Shown here: piece after piece, positions 17,662 to 27,730 of the stretch
How positions within the stretch are numbered: position 1 is the first letter of the stretch
Layout of the letters: every line of letters begins with the position of its first letter
DNA from: Oliverocinquevirus OLIVR5
Taxonomy: Duplodnaviria > Heunggongvirae > Uroviricota > Caudoviricetes
Virus record (IMG/VR): IMGVR_UViG_2974725113_000001
Coordinates: 23,074-87,073 of that record
DNA: 64,000 nucleotides
Direction: 5' to 3' (one strand)
Position numbers and translations under genes: made by a program
Notes under the pieces: generated by a model
Databases searched by the model: none
Told to the model about the DNA's origin: nothing
The model's input: only the letters and a program-made list of their open reading frames with translations

Positions 17662-19311
17662 TCACTCCTTGATTTCGACAACGGCGAAGTTTGACACTGT
17701 CTTGATTTTGATCTTCCGATCGAATTCGCCAACGAGTTCTCGAGGACCAATACAGATCGTGTTTGTATCTTCCAGTTCGAGAAGGCACTTCGAAACGGCT
17801 TCAACGCCTTCATCATCTAGACGAGAACCGAACTCATCAATGATCAGAAGGTTGGTGTCGACGCTGGAGAGCTTCTTCGAGATGTCTCGCCATGTCATCA
17901 TAATGGCAAAATTAATGCGTGCCTGCTGGCCTGCAGAGAACGACTCGTACGTGAAGCTCTGACGGAAACGCGACCGAACACTTTCCTTGAAGGACGGATC
18001 GAGTTCGAGGAGGATAGGAAGACCGAGCTTCTCGAGGTACTCATTGACTCGGAGATTGAAGAATGGGATGTATTCGGAAATCAGAGGAGCCTTGGCGACA
18101 CCGGATTTCAAGACGCGATCAATGTCGAGAAGGTCAGCGTAGACTTCATCAATATCTTCCTTCTCACCCAGGAGCTTCACATATTCTTCATTGACTTCTT
18201 CGATCTGAGCGTCAATGGTGTCAGAAGGTTTCTTCCGATCCATCTCCTGGAGTTCGAGCTTCAGACCTTCGAGTTTCTCAGAAGCATTCTTGAAATTGTT
18301 GATGATAGCCTGTGCTTCGTCTCGAGCAGAAATGAGAGTTTCCTTTTCTGCTTCCATATTGATCTCGGAACGCTTGGCTTCGAGCTCTCGGATTGCTGTC
18401 TCTCTTTCTGCTTCGTGATGGCCATGATCATTTCCTTCTGGTAAGGTCTGGCCACATGAAGAGCAGACTCCTTCGGTCTTTGACTTTGAAGCCAGAGAAT
18501 ATAGGAGTGAAATTCTTTCGTCGATCGAAGCCGCATCTCTCGATTTTGCGTCATATCCTGCACGCTTTCCTTCGTAATCAGTTTTGGCTTTCTCTGCCTT
18601 CTCCTTGAGACCTTCGACGACCTTCTCGCCTTTTTCGAGACGAGCTTTCATTGTCTCTACTTCAGCTTGGTCGTAGCCTTCGGTTTGGTCTTTCCGGATG
18701 CCGATGAGACGATCGAGCATGTCCTTCTTCGATCGGAGTTCGATTTCCTTCTCTGCTACCTTCGGCTTAATCGACTTGATCTCTTCCTTCGTTTCACGAT
18801 GGATTTCATTGAAGACGCCAATGTTCAGCATCTTCTCTACGAAGTCTTTTCGAGTAGGTCCGTCCATCTGCATGAAGGGAACAGCAGACTCGGAAATCAG
18901 AACCTGGTTTTCGATCGTCCTCTTGTCGACATTCAAGAACTTCTCAAGAGCCTTCTGACGATCTAGACGCTTCAGATCATCCCACATGGAGACGCCATTC
19001 ACGAAGACATTGAACACGTCAGGATTGATCGATCGGACGATCTCCACTTTGTCCTGGTTCGACATGAATACAGTCTTCGTATTGCAGTCTTTCATGTTGA
19101 TCGAGTTGACGATCTGATCCTTCTTGAGGTCGCGGTAAGTTTCACCGAAGAGACCGAAGAAGATTGCGTCGATGGTCAGGGCAGTTTTGCCCGAACCATT
19201 TTCTGCAGTGACCGAAGTGAGTTTGTGCTGGTCCAGAACGAGTTCCGTCCTCTGGTTTCCGAACGGAAGAAAGTTTTTGATCTCGCTCGAGATATACGTC
19301 AGCTTCGCCAT
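17662..19311 (-). CDS. 46: recombination nuclease ATPase subunit (gp46, Rad50/SbcC-like)
   Basis: Walker A ENGSGKT, coiled coil, CSSC hook, FSAGQ signature, LIIDE Walker B. Confidence 0.93.
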   Translation of the reverse strand: MAKLTYISSEIKNFLPFGNQRTELVLDQHKLTSVTAENGSGKTALTIDAIFFGLFGETYRDLKKDQIVNSINMKDCNTKTVFMSNQDKVEIVRSINPDVFNVFVNGVSMWDDLKRLDRQKALEKFLNVDKRTIENQVLISESAVPFMQMDGPTRKDFVEKMLNIGVFNEIHRETKEEIKSIKPKVAEKEIELRSKKDMLDRLIGIRKDQTEGYDQAEVETMKARLEKGEKVVEGLKEKAEKAKTDYEGKRAGYDAKSRDAASIDERISLLYSLASKSKTEGVCSSCGQTLPEGNDHGHHEAERETAIRELEAKRSEINMEAEKETLISARDEAQAIINNFKNASEKLEGLKLELQEMDRKKPSDTIDAQIEEVNEEYVKLLGEKEDIDEVYADLLDIDRVLKSGVAKAPLISEYIPFFNLRVNEYLEKLGLPILLELDPSFKESVRSRFRQSFTYESFSAGQQARINFAIMMTWRDISKKLSSVDTNLLIIDEFGSRLDDEGVEAVSKCLLELEDTNTICIGPRELVGEFDRKIKIKTVSNFAVVEIKE

Positions 19312-19314
19312 GTC

Positions 19315-20250
19315 TTATCGAATCCTTCCAACAATTTTCTCCAGGACAGTCTTAGCTCCTGGTCGCTTGAGTTCATCACATATCAAAGTCACGACGTCAT
19401 GTGAACTGCTTTTTAGTGGTTCCTGAGAAAATTCGATGACTTCCGTGAGCTGAAGATCGTTGAGACCAACGGTTTCCAGGATAGCGACGAGTTTCTGATA
19501 GAGAGTCTTGTCCGTCAACTCATCGACCTTGATCTCGAGGTTTGCACCAGCGAGTTTCGATTTGTTGTTCATGACCCACTTGACTGGGTTCAGACCTTCG
19601 ATCTTTCCTTCGATGAGTTCGACACGACGGAAAGTCTGGTTAGGATTGTTGACGAATTCGGTCTTTCCTTCGTCGTAGAGAAGGAAGCCTGTGTTGTCAT
19701 TCACCTGACCCCAATCGAGCTGAGACAGGGTTCCGACGAACTTGTCAGACCGATGATGAATATGGCCTGAGAATACATTAGCTCCATGCGATTCAGGAGG
19801 GTTGTCAGAATGGCAGATAATCACGTCAACGTCTTCGACTTCACCTTCAAGATCGTGCTCTTTCCCGTAAGGAACGAATAAAACCTTCTCGTCCTCGATT
19901 TGCCATTCGGTGATGTCACCAAAAGTAATGACGTTCTCGCTCGTGTCAGCAATATCAAACAGGGAAAGGCGCATGTCCTTTGTCGAAGGAACATCATGAT
20001 TACCATGAGCTACGAAAAGACGGATATGGTTCTTCTCCAGTGAACCAAGGACATGCTTCCAGAGACGAGTCGTCTCGAAGTTGATGTAACGCTTGGTGTC
20101 GAAGAGGTCGCCACAATGGAGAATGTTCTTGATCTCATTCTCCTTCATGTACTTAATCATCCAGTCAAAGGCCTTAATAAAGTCCTTTCCAAGATCAACC
20201 TTTCCTGCGCCTTTCCCTAGGTGCCAGTCACCCGTCACAACAGCCTTCAT
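19315..20250 (-). CDS. 47: recombination nuclease subunit (gp47, Mre11/SbcD-like)
   Basis: GDWH, GDLFD, GNHD, GHIH metallophosphoesterase motifs; adjacent to gp46. Confidence 0.92.
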   Translation of the reverse strand: MKAVVTGDWHLGKGAGKVDLGKDFIKAFDWMIKYMKENEIKNILHCGDLFDTKRYINFETTRLWKHVLGSLEKNHIRLFVAHGNHDVPSTKDMRLSLFDIADTSENVITFGDITEWQIEDEKVLFVPYGKEHDLEGEVEDVDVIICHSDNPPESHGANVFSGHIHHRSDKFVGTLSQLDWGQVNDNTGFLLYDEGKTEFVNNPNQTFRRVELIEGKIEGLNPVKWVMNNKSKLAGANLEIKVDELTDKTLYQKLVAILETVGLNDLQLTEVIEFSQEPLKSSSHDVVTLICDELKRPGAKTVLEKIVGRIR

Positions 20251-21005
20251 CGTTCGATTTCCCTTTCCGCAGTTTCTACGACTTCGTCTTTCACATCGCG
20301 ATAGGACCTGGCTTCCTTCGAATTCATTTCGGCGAAGTGTGCCTGCTCCTTGTTATAGTCATCGACGATCTTCCGAAGTTCCTTCAGAGCAGTGTTGTGG
20401 TTCTGGTCATGGACAACGTTTCCGATTGTGACCTGACCGTTCGCGAGACCTTCGAGGAAAGAGTTCTTCTCGGAGAGGGTTCGCTTCTCAGCGGTGAAGT
20501 AATTGAGGAAACCCCAGTAGCAAAGCTGCGTGATCAGAGAGAAGCAGTTCTTCGTTTTCGATTTCGCCGGGTCATAAATCCTGGCAAGATTTTCGAAAGC
20601 CAGTAGAACACCACAGCGAGTCATTTCTTCTACGTCCGTTGCTGCAGAGAATTTCCGTGCATAACCGGAAGCGATCCGTTCGATGGCTTCGCCGACAGCA
20701 TCCGGAAGTGGAGGAATCTTCTCTTCAGGAATATCGACCGGAGGAAGTTCTGCTTCAGGCACACCCTGCTTCACGAGCTCTTCGCGATGTTCGTTGTATG
20801 CCTGGATGATAGACTTGCGCTTCTCATGGTGAGCATTGAGGATTTCAGTGACTCGTCGACCGTCGACGTAATTTCCAGACTTTACTCTGGGAGACCTCTT
20901 CTTGGGAGTGATCAAAACATGTCCTTTCGTAGGAGTACGGATGAGGCTGGATGCGATGAAGGATTTCCGTGATAGATTATCACTGTTTTGTTTCATCGCA
21001 TCCAT
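20247..21005 (-). CDS. 55: late transcription sigma factor gp55
   Basis: NYVD...P...VGEAI..IA.G.A.KF...EM...G......YDP.K.K.NCFS.ITQ.C...F; 55-47-46 order as in T4. Confidence 0.8.
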   Translation of the reverse strand: MDAMKQNSDNLSRKSFIASSLIRTPTKGHVLITPKKRSPRVKSGNYVDGRRVTEILNAHHEKRKSIIQAYNEHREELVKQGVPEAELPPVDIPEEKIPPLPDAVGEAIERIASGYARKFSAATDVEEMTRCGVLLAFENLARIYDPAKSKTKNCFSLITQLCYWGFLNYFTAEKRTLSEKNSFLEGLANGQVTIGNVVHDQNHNTALKELRKIVDDYNKEQAHFAEMNSKEARSYRDVKDEVVETAEREIER

Positions 21006-21010
21006 GCGGG

Positions 21011-22348
21011 TTAAAACTTGATGGCGTCCAGGTCTTTGATCCAGACGTTCTTGAGCTCAGTTTCAGACTCGGAAATCTGAATGTAGCTATTCAGCTCTTC
21101 GATCTTGGATTCGTGTTCATTTCGAGTCTTGCCGATTTCTTCAACGGTCCATCGGTAGGACGGAAGACCTGCAAGACGAGAGCAATCCTCGGTGGAAACT
21201 TTCACTTTCGAATTGATGTAATCTATCACATCGTTTCGAGATTTGAAACCAGAAAGTTTCTTCGAGAACCCAGAGTCGGACAGGACGATAATGGCTTCCA
21301 GGAAGCTGATTTCCTTTTCGACCTTCTCGATCATCTTCTCGTATCGCTTCTTGAGAAGAGGGAAACGCCATTCGACCCAAGCTTCGATGAGCTCTTCGGT
21401 GTTGTTGAAGACCCGGATTTTCGTGCCGCAGAAGTCAACGACGACCAGTCGCTGAGTGATCCGTTCGGAAATCTTGAAAAGCTTCACGAGGTCTTCTTCG
21501 GTCATGCCGGCAAGATCATTACGACTCATCTTCACGACGATGCGAATGTCGCCGGCAGTATGATTCTCGTACGACGTGATCTTCTTGGCTTCTTCAAGCT
21601 TGTCGAGATGCTCCTGGACCTTTTCGACGGAGACGTTAGGAGGAAGAGAAGTGATTTCCACTGTCGATGTGTTCTTGATCTCCACAGTACCTGAAAGGAT
21701 ATAGGAGTCTGCATCGGTTCGGCCGTTGTCGATCTCTTCGATCTTAATCTTCTCGAAAGGAAGATACTTCGGCATCAACTTCTTCGTTTTCTTCCCGGTG
21801 AGAACTGCTTTCGTAGCCTTGATGAGTTCCTTCGGATCATGAGGAAGGATTTCTGTAGACCATCCAACCGCGACACCAGAAACACCATTCAGAAGAACGG
21901 TTGGAAAGAGCGGAAGGAATTCCTTGCACATCTCTGCGTCACCGTCGACAGATGGAACCATTTCCCAGAGTTCCTTGTCTGCCAGGATCACGTTGTCCAT
22001 GAACTTGGAACGCTCGGCATAGATATATCGACCTGCACCAAATGCGTTCTTGTCGAGGAGAGAACCGAAGTTTCCATCGCCGTCGAGAATCGGAACGTTA
22101 TTGACGAATGGACCTGCTAGACCAGAGATGAGACCATCAGCAGAACCATGAAGGAAGAGGTTCGACTCGACCATGGCGCCGGAGATTGCTGCGACCTTCG
22201 TCTTCGAACGATTTCTCATAATCCAAAGAGCGATACGTTGACCGTCCTTGAGACCGTCCGTGACCTTCGGAATTGCTCGTTCAGTGGCAACCATGAGAGA
22301 ATAAGTTTTAGCGGCTTTCGCTAGGAATTCTGCGGTATTCATTTTCAT
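21011..22348 (-). CDS. 52: DNA topoisomerase II cleavage subunit (gp52, GyrA-like)
   Basis: RAIP...DGLK.GQR, HG..S, G.GNFG, catalytic GRYIY, LLNG.SG.AVG. Confidence 0.94.
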   Translation of the reverse strand: MKMNTAEFLAKAAKTYSLMVATERAIPKVTDGLKDGQRIALWIMRNRSKTKVAAISGAMVESNLFLHGSADGLISGLAGPFVNNVPILDGDGNFGSLLDKNAFGAGRYIYAERSKFMDNVILADKELWEMVPSVDGDAEMCKEFLPLFPTVLLNGVSGVAVGWSTEILPHDPKELIKATKAVLTGKKTKKLMPKYLPFEKIKIEEIDNGRTDADSYILSGTVEIKNTSTVEITSLPPNVSVEKVQEHLDKLEEAKKITSYENHTAGDIRIVVKMSRNDLAGMTEEDLVKLFKISERITQRLVVVDFCGTKIRVFNNTEELIEAWVEWRFPLLKKRYEKMIEKVEKEISFLEAIIVLSDSGFSKKLSGFKSRNDVIDYINSKVKVSTEDCSRLAGLPSYRWTVEEIGKTRNEHESKIEELNSYIQISESETELKNVWIKDLDAIKF

Positions 22349-22359
22349 CCTTAAACTAG

Positions 22360-22404
22360 TTTGGTCCTGTGACAGTTCATATCACAGGACCAAATGATTG
22401 TAAA
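22360..22404 (-). promoter_or_regulatory. 13-bp perfect inverted repeat overlapping a candidate promoter for gene 52
   Basis: TTTGGTCCTGTGA-cagttcata-TCACAGGACCAAA; minus-strand TTTACA-N17-TATGAA with the -10 in the loop. Confidence 0.6.
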
Positions 22405-22406
22405 CA

Positions 22407-22799
22407 TCAAAATTGGATCGGGTTCGCAATATCCGAAGGAACCCACTTGATGGCGATCCATCCGCGAGTAGGGGCATGGACGAAACCGTCTCGGTCCGTC
22501 ACTCGATGTCCACCGCTGTCCGAGATGTAAAGCGTCACCGGCTGGACGATCGTGTATTCTTTCCCATCAGGATAGACGTATGTCCGTTTGATCTCCGAGG
22601 AAATAGACCTGTATTGAAATCCTACTGGAGGATTAGTTCGTTCGTGTTTTTCGAGAGCTTCTTCCAAGATGTCTCCTATGACGTCGAGTCTGATCCGAAG
22701 TGCGGTTTCGCCATTGCATTGGCATACAGGATTGCAGCCGCACGAGTATGATTTGATTTGTTCGATGGCTTGAGCGAGGACGTTCATCAGCAATACCAA
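22407..22799 (-). CDS. conserved phage hypothetical protein
   Basis: ISSE..R.Y.YP.G....I..P..L..S.SGGHR..D..G..H.P..GW..I.W domain. Confidence 0.7.
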   Translation of the reverse strand: MVLLMNVLAQAIEQIKSYSCGCNPVCQCNGETALRIRLDVIGDILEEALEKHERTNPPVGFQYRSISSEIKRTYVYPDGKEYTIVQPVTLYISDSGGHRVTDRDGFVHAPTRGWIAIKWVPSDIANPIQF

Positions 22800-23146
22800 T
22801 CGAACCAGAGATTGAGGACATCATTCACGTTTTCAGGAATGAACATGTCCTCATTGTCGCACGCGAGATTGATGATTTGCTCGTCTGTAAGATTTCCGAT
22901 AAACTTGTCGACTTCATCGAGGTCAAATCGATCATACGTCTCCCCGATGAAAACGTGGAAGTCATATTCCACCTTCTCCTGAGGACGATCTCGGTTTAGA
23001 CCTCCATTGTCGACAGTGATCTCGAAGCAAGCCTTCCAGATGTTAGGATATTCGTCATGACCTTTCAAAGCGAAAGTCCTTCCGAACCGAAGTAGTCGTC
23101 CTGTTCGAATTCCTGGACGATTCGGAGGATGTTGATCATGTACCAA
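22787..23146 (-). CDS. hypothetical protein (start uncertain)
   Basis: Acidic C-terminal part looks coding; N-terminal part overlaps the neighbour. Confidence 0.5.
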   Translation of the reverse strand: MVHDQHPPNRPGIRTGRLLRFGRTFALKGHDEYPNIWKACFEITVDNGGLNRDRPQEKVEYDFHVFIGETYDRFDLDEVDKFIGNLTDEQIINLACDNEDMFIPENVNDVLNLWFDWYC

Positions 23147-23382
23147 TCGTCGCTTACAGAAGCTCCGTCTTCGGCTTCCTTGAAGAGCTCATCGATAGTT
23201 TCAGAGACTGTCGATTTGCTCAGACCAAACGAATGAGCAAGTTGCCAGAGACCTATAATTGCCTCATCATTTCTCGAGACGTCTTCGTAAAGAACCTTCT
23301 TGAGGTTGTCGAGAGCTAGGACCTTACGAGCGTAAGAGAGACCGTCGATCTCTGTGAGAATTTGATTTGCTGTCAATGCCAT
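23065..23382 (-). CDS. hypothetical protein
   Basis: Start MALTAN with ACGGAG RBS after promoter TTTACA-N17-TACGAT near 23410-23440. Confidence 0.7.
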   Translation of the reverse strand: MALTANQILTEIDGLSYARKVLALDNLKKVLYEDVSRNDEAIIGLWQLAHSFGLSKSTVSETIDELFKEAEDGASVSDDWYMINILRIVQEFEQDDYFGSEGLSL

Positions 23383-23443
23383 TTTGTTTCTCCGTTTTAA
23401 ATGATGCTTAAATCGTATACTAGGAGTCGGACCTTGTAAACAG

Positions 23444-25399
23444 TTAAATTTCGTTGATGCCGAGTGGGGACCAATCAGTTCCCATAGTTTTAAGTCTATC
23501 CATGATGGCATCAAGATCGATCTCCAGCATGGTCTTACGGTCGTCTGCTCGCTTCTCTTGGAAGAGAAGACTCATGAGCTTTCGAACAGACTCGTGTTCG
23601 TCTTCGAGGACATCGATCGCGATCGGATTTGCGATATGATCCTTGAAGTTTTCAGGACGAAGAGAACCAAGACCTTTCGCTCGTTTCACTTCCCATCCTT
23701 TCCATTCACTCGGGACGAAGTCTTCAATGTCCGTCGGATAGAAATACTTCCGCTCTTTGCCCTTGGTCAGAATGATCAGAGGAGTGAGGAAGATTTTGAT
23801 GAACGGAGTACCTTCGAACAATTCTGGCCAGAAGCGCTGGAAGAAATTCACTAGGAGTGGGCAAATAGAACCGATACCGTCGTCATCCGCATCACAAGTA
23901 ATCATGACAGAAGAATATCGAAGGTTTGCCTTGTCTGCCTTCTTTCCAGGTACGAGACCGATGGCTGCGCACATGTCCTTAATGACAGACTCTTTCTCGC
24001 CGATCGCTTCAGAAGGAGAGAGACCGTGAACGTTCTTGATCTTTCCTCGAAGAGGCATAACAGCATGGATATTAGGATCACGGACTGCCGCTAGACCACC
24101 TGCTGCCGAGTCACCTTCTGCAAGGAACAAGGTGCAGTCAGAACGGATACGAGAGTTTGCATCTACGAGCTTGGCGATCTTGGCCTTCTTCAAAGCCTTC
24201 TCGTTTTGGTCGATTTGACCTTTATCCTTTTGACCAGAGCGGATGCTGCAGAGACGATAGATTTCTTCGATGATATCCTTGTTGGATTTCACAACCTTGT
24301 CCCAGTCGACCGATGCGAAGCTGTGGAAGATCGGATTGCGGATTTCTACGTTCGTCAGTCGAGTCTTGGACTGAGAGTCGAAGTTCGGACCTTTCATCTT
24401 CACGAAGCCGATGATATCTACGGCGTCCAGAACATCAGACTTTGTAGGGTTCAGTCGACGTCTCTTCGACTCCTTCTTCAGTGCTTCGAGAAGGTTCTTC
24501 TGGAAATGATTTCGGAATTCGTCGAGGTGAGTTCCGCCGTTGTACGCAGGAACGTTGTTGACGAAAGTTGCCTGAGATGATGTTCCGCTCGTCTTTCGAA
24601 CCAGAAAGATACCGTTGCCGACATCATCCTTCGAGAAAGGAATTTCGATGGCTTGAGAAGACTTGCCGAAGATTGCATCCTTGACCGTCTTACCTTGAAC
24701 CTTGATCCCAACTCCATTGAAAGTGAACTTGATGTTCGGATTCGAGTATGCGACGAGAGTCACGATCGATCGAACCATATCAACTGGAAGAATGACACCG
24801 TGATGGAACACTTCTTCGGAGAGACGGAAGCTCACCGTAGTACCTGTTGTTTTCGAGTCAGATGCGGTGATCGATGGAACGGAATAAGAAAGATCATTGC
24901 CGTCATTGACCACTTCGAATTCCTGACGGAAGAACTTCTTGTCACGATTAATCGAGAGAGTGAACTCGTCAGAAACGAAGTTGACGATAGAGATACCGAG
25001 ACCGTTCGTGCCGGAGACTTCACCTCGAGACGTAAAATTTCTTCCGGCTTTAGTTTTCGATACGGCCAATGTAGCAGTATGCATTCCGGAATCTTCTCGG
25101 TAATCAATCGGAATACCTCGACCGGAATCGCGAATTCCGAAATACCTCGTTTCTTCGTCGTACATTACTTCGATCTCGCCTTTACCGACGAAGCTCATTT
25201 CGTCGAGCGCGTTATCGAAAGCCTCTCGAAAAGCTGTTAAAACTGATGGGACAAAGGTGAACTCTTTGAAGCTCAGAAATCCCGTAATCTCCACGTGAGG
25301 GAAAATTGCAGTATCTGGTGTTCTTCCACCTAAATACATTTCAGTCCTCAGTCGGGCATGTTTTACGTCCGTGAGCTCTACAATCTTCTGGTCTTCCAT
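23444..25399 (-). CDS. 39: DNA topoisomerase II ATPase+TOPRIM subunit (gp39+60 fused, GyrB-like)
   Basis: RTEMYLG, EAFDNALDE, DSGRGIP, GTNGLG, EGDSA, PLRGK, DADDDG, KGLGS. Confidence 0.95.
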   Translation of the reverse strand: MEDQKIVELTDVKHARLRTEMYLGGRTPDTAIFPHVEITGFLSFKEFTFVPSVLTAFREAFDNALDEMSFVGKGEIEVMYDEETRYFGIRDSGRGIPIDYREDSGMHTATLAVSKTKAGRNFTSRGEVSGTNGLGISIVNFVSDEFTLSINRDKKFFRQEFEVVNDGNDLSYSVPSITASDSKTTGTTVSFRLSEEVFHHGVILPVDMVRSIVTLVAYSNPNIKFTFNGVGIKVQGKTVKDAIFGKSSQAIEIPFSKDDVGNGIFLVRKTSGTSSQATFVNNVPAYNGGTHLDEFRNHFQKNLLEALKKESKRRRLNPTKSDVLDAVDIIGFVKMKGPNFDSQSKTRLTNVEIRNPIFHSFASVDWDKVVKSNKDIIEEIYRLCSIRSGQKDKGQIDQNEKALKKAKIAKLVDANSRIRSDCTLFLAEGDSAAGGLAAVRDPNIHAVMPLRGKIKNVHGLSPSEAIGEKESVIKDMCAAIGLVPGKKADKANLRYSSVMITCDADDDGIGSICPLLVNFFQRFWPELFEGTPFIKIFLTPLIILTKGKERKYFYPTDIEDFVPSEWKGWEVKRAKGLGSLRPENFKDHIANPIAIDVLEDEHESVRKLMSLLFQEKRADDRKTMLEIDLDAIMDRLKTMGTDWSPLGINEI

Positions 25400-25424
25400 T
25401 GCTTTCTCCTATGAATTTCTTTTC

Positions 25425-25455
25425 CATCTAACATATCTTAACAAGTAAGTAAATA
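25425..25455. promoter_or_regulatory. minus-strand early promoter for topo II; plus-strand TAAATA ahead of the homing endonuclease
   Basis: TTTACT-N17-TAGATG (minus); gTAAATAc at 25450-25455 (plus). Confidence 0.5.
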
Positions 25456-25473
25456 CAAAAATGGAGTCGTTAA

Positions 25474-26076
25474 ATGAAAAGTGTCACTTACGTCATAATT
25501 TGCAAGGAAGAAGGAATGCCTCCATTTTATGTAGGACATACTTCTTTCAGGAGATTCACCGAGGAAAATTATCACGGAAGTCCTAAATCTAGGAAATGGA
25601 AAAAGAAATGGAACGAACTCGTGAAAGATAAACCAGAATCCTTTAAAAGGAAAATCTTAAAGGTGTTCGAGACTAAAGACGAGGCTATTGAACATGAAAT
25701 TGAAATTCTAAGTCATTTTAATGCCCATAAGTCTGATCTCTTCGTCAATATGACTATCGGAGGAAATAAATTCTATAGGACAGGACCTCTTACGAAAGAG
25801 GCAAAAGAAAAGATGAGTCGTTCGACGAAAGGCATAAAGAAGAAACCTGAGACTGTGGAAAGGATGTCCGCTGCTCAGAAAGGAAAGAAGAAGAGCGAGG
25901 AACATAGGAAAAAGCTTTCCTTGGCTCTAAAAGGGAAATCCCTAGAACAGACACACAGAAATAAAATCTCTGAATCCTTGAAAGGTCGTGTCATGACTGA
26001 AGAACATAAGCGGCGATTGTCTGAAGCTCGTAAGAGAACAATCGCCGCTAAGAAGCTTTTAGCTCAGTCATTGTAA
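25474..26076 (+). mobile_element. free-standing Seg-like GIY-YIG homing endonuclease with NUMOD3 repeats
   Basis: VTYVI...FYVG...YHGS..S..W...ILKVF.T..EA..HE; repeated KGK..SEEHRKKLS; antisense to neighbours and AT-rich. Confidence 0.85.
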
Positions 26077-26423
26077 ACAATAAATTTCCATCCGACGAGA
26101 GATTCTGGAGGATTGTATGGTTCAAAGACTTCGTAGAGAAGGTCTCCGTCGACAATCTTTTGTTCTTTTAGAATGAAGAGGCATTTCTGTCCGGTATTAC
26201 GAGATGACATGATGAAGCCTACGTCGTTCTGACCGAGCCATACTCTGCGCTTCATATTGAATGGAGCGTTCTCACGAGTGGAAAAGAAGTCAGAGACGTT
26301 TCCGATCATCCTCTTTTCTTTCGAACGGAAAGTCATATTCCCGAGCCAGACAGTGAGGATTTCGAGATGAAGCGATCCGTGGATACGGTGGCTGTCTCTT
26401 ATCGCTTTCGTATATGCACCCAT
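26064..26423 (-). CDS. hypothetical protein
   Basis: Start refined to MGAYTK. Confidence 0.65.
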   Translation of the reverse strand: MGAYTKAIRDSHRIHGSLHLEILTVWLGNMTFRSKEKRMIGNVSDFFSTRENAPFNMKRRVWLGQNDVGFIMSSRNTGQKCLFILKEQKIVDGDLLYEVFEPYNPPESLVGWKFIVYND

Positions 26424-26475
26424 TTTAATCCCTCGAATGGTGTATGATTCGAGAGGACCATACACCATGTCAAGG

Positions 26476-27468
26476 TTAAAGTGAATACACGTTTTCGAGA
26501 AATTTTATGTAGGTTCGAACAGATTTTTCCAGGTCTCTCGAGGCTTTGAAACCTATATGCTTCTCAGATTTCGAAGGATCGCAGATCAAAGAAGAAACAT
26601 CTCCAGGTCGACGGTCTTGGAATTCGACGTTGATTTTCTCGCCATAGACATTCTCAAATGCTCGAATAACTTCTAGGACAGAATATCCTTTTCCGACTCC
26701 GATGTTTAAGACGTCGACGTCTAAGAACTTGTAAAATCCTGTTCCCATTGATTGGATATGAGCGTCGATGAGGTCATCGATGTCGATATAATCTCGAACT
26801 CCAGTTCCGTCTGGAGTTTCGTAATCGTCTCCAAAGATTCTCACTTTCTCGTTACGACCGAGGAGATAGAGCCCGATGACAGGGAACAAGTTTGTGGCTA
26901 TGAGTCCGTCATCTCCGAGCATGCAATCGACACCTGCGCCGACCGGATTGAAGTATCGAAGGATGGTAGCTTTCGTTCCATTAGTCTTGCACCAATCTCC
27001 GATAATGTTTTCGCACATTAACTTCGAACTTGCATACGGATTCGTTGGATAGACCATAGAATATTCTTTGATCTTCTCTTCGAAGACGTCGCCGTATACT
27101 GCTGCGGTCGAAGAGAAGATAAACTTCTTTAGGACCGCCGGATTGAGAGCTTGGAGCAGCGCAGTAGTCGCGGAGATATTTCCTTGATAATACTTCAGAG
27201 GATTCGAAACAGACTCACCCACAGACTTATGCCCTGCAAGATGGAAGACGTACTCTATCTTTCCGAGTCCTGAGAACTCGTCTTTGCCGAGAGTTCCTAA
27301 TTCAATATCGAGAGTCTCGTTCGTGAGGTATTCGATGGTCGGCACGACGCTCGGATGAGAGTTCGAATTATCATCGATGACCTTCACTTCATGACCGTTA
27401 CGAATGAGCCGAGTGACGAGGTTCGATCCGATGTACCCTAGACCGCCGGTTACGAGGATTTTAGACAA
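26476..27468 (-). CDS. galE: UDP-glucose 4-epimerase
   Basis: TGGLGYIGS, HLAGHKSVGES...PLKYY, FSSTAAVYG, NPYASSK (YxxxK), LRYFNPVG, DGTGVRDYI, RRPGD. Confidence 0.93.
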   Translation of the reverse strand: MSKILVTGGLGYIGSNLVTRLIRNGHEVKVIDDNSNSHPSVVPTIEYLTNETLDIELGTLGKDEFSGLGKIEYVFHLAGHKSVGESVSNPLKYYQGNISATTALLQALNPAVLKKFIFSSTAAVYGDVFEEKIKEYSMVYPTNPYASSKLMCENIIGDWCKTNGTKATILRYFNPVGAGVDCMLGDDGLIATNLFPVIGLYLLGRNEKVRIFGDDYETPDGTGVRDYIDIDDLIDAHIQSMGTGFYKFLDVDVLNIGVGKGYSVLEVIRAFENVYGEKINVEFQDRRPGDVSSLICDPSKSEKHIGFKASRDLEKSVRTYIKFLENVYSL

Positions 27469-27679
27469 AGAGTTCTCCTTGGTGTTTCACGTCGAAATGA
27501 ATGTGGCCGATCGAAGGAGTCGGCTTGAAGTAAACGTCGACGCCGTTTTCCTTATACTCTATCTTCCAACCCGGTTCGATCTTTCGTTCCTTCATGAGGA
27601 AAAGAAAAAGATCGTGGATATCGTCCACCTTTGTAAGGAGGGCGAATCGCTTCTTATATTCCGACCTCATGTCCTCCAA
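27461..27679 (-). CDS. hypothetical protein
   Basis: ORF track. Confidence 0.6.
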   Translation of the reverse strand: MEDMRSEYKKRFALLTKVDDIHDLFLFLMKERKIEPGWKIEYKENGVDVYFKPTPSIGHIHFDVKHQGELFV

Positions 27680-27730
27680 GACCTCCGGATCAGTGACTCC
27701 TTCAGTCTCGTCGAAATGTCGTCGATGAGA

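Noticed and set aside
21011-25399. Introns or inteins in topoisomerase, ligase, UvsW or terminase
   Set aside because: All are continuous ORFs of normal length with motifs at the expected spacing. The gap between genes 39/60 and 52 contains ordinary early ORFs.
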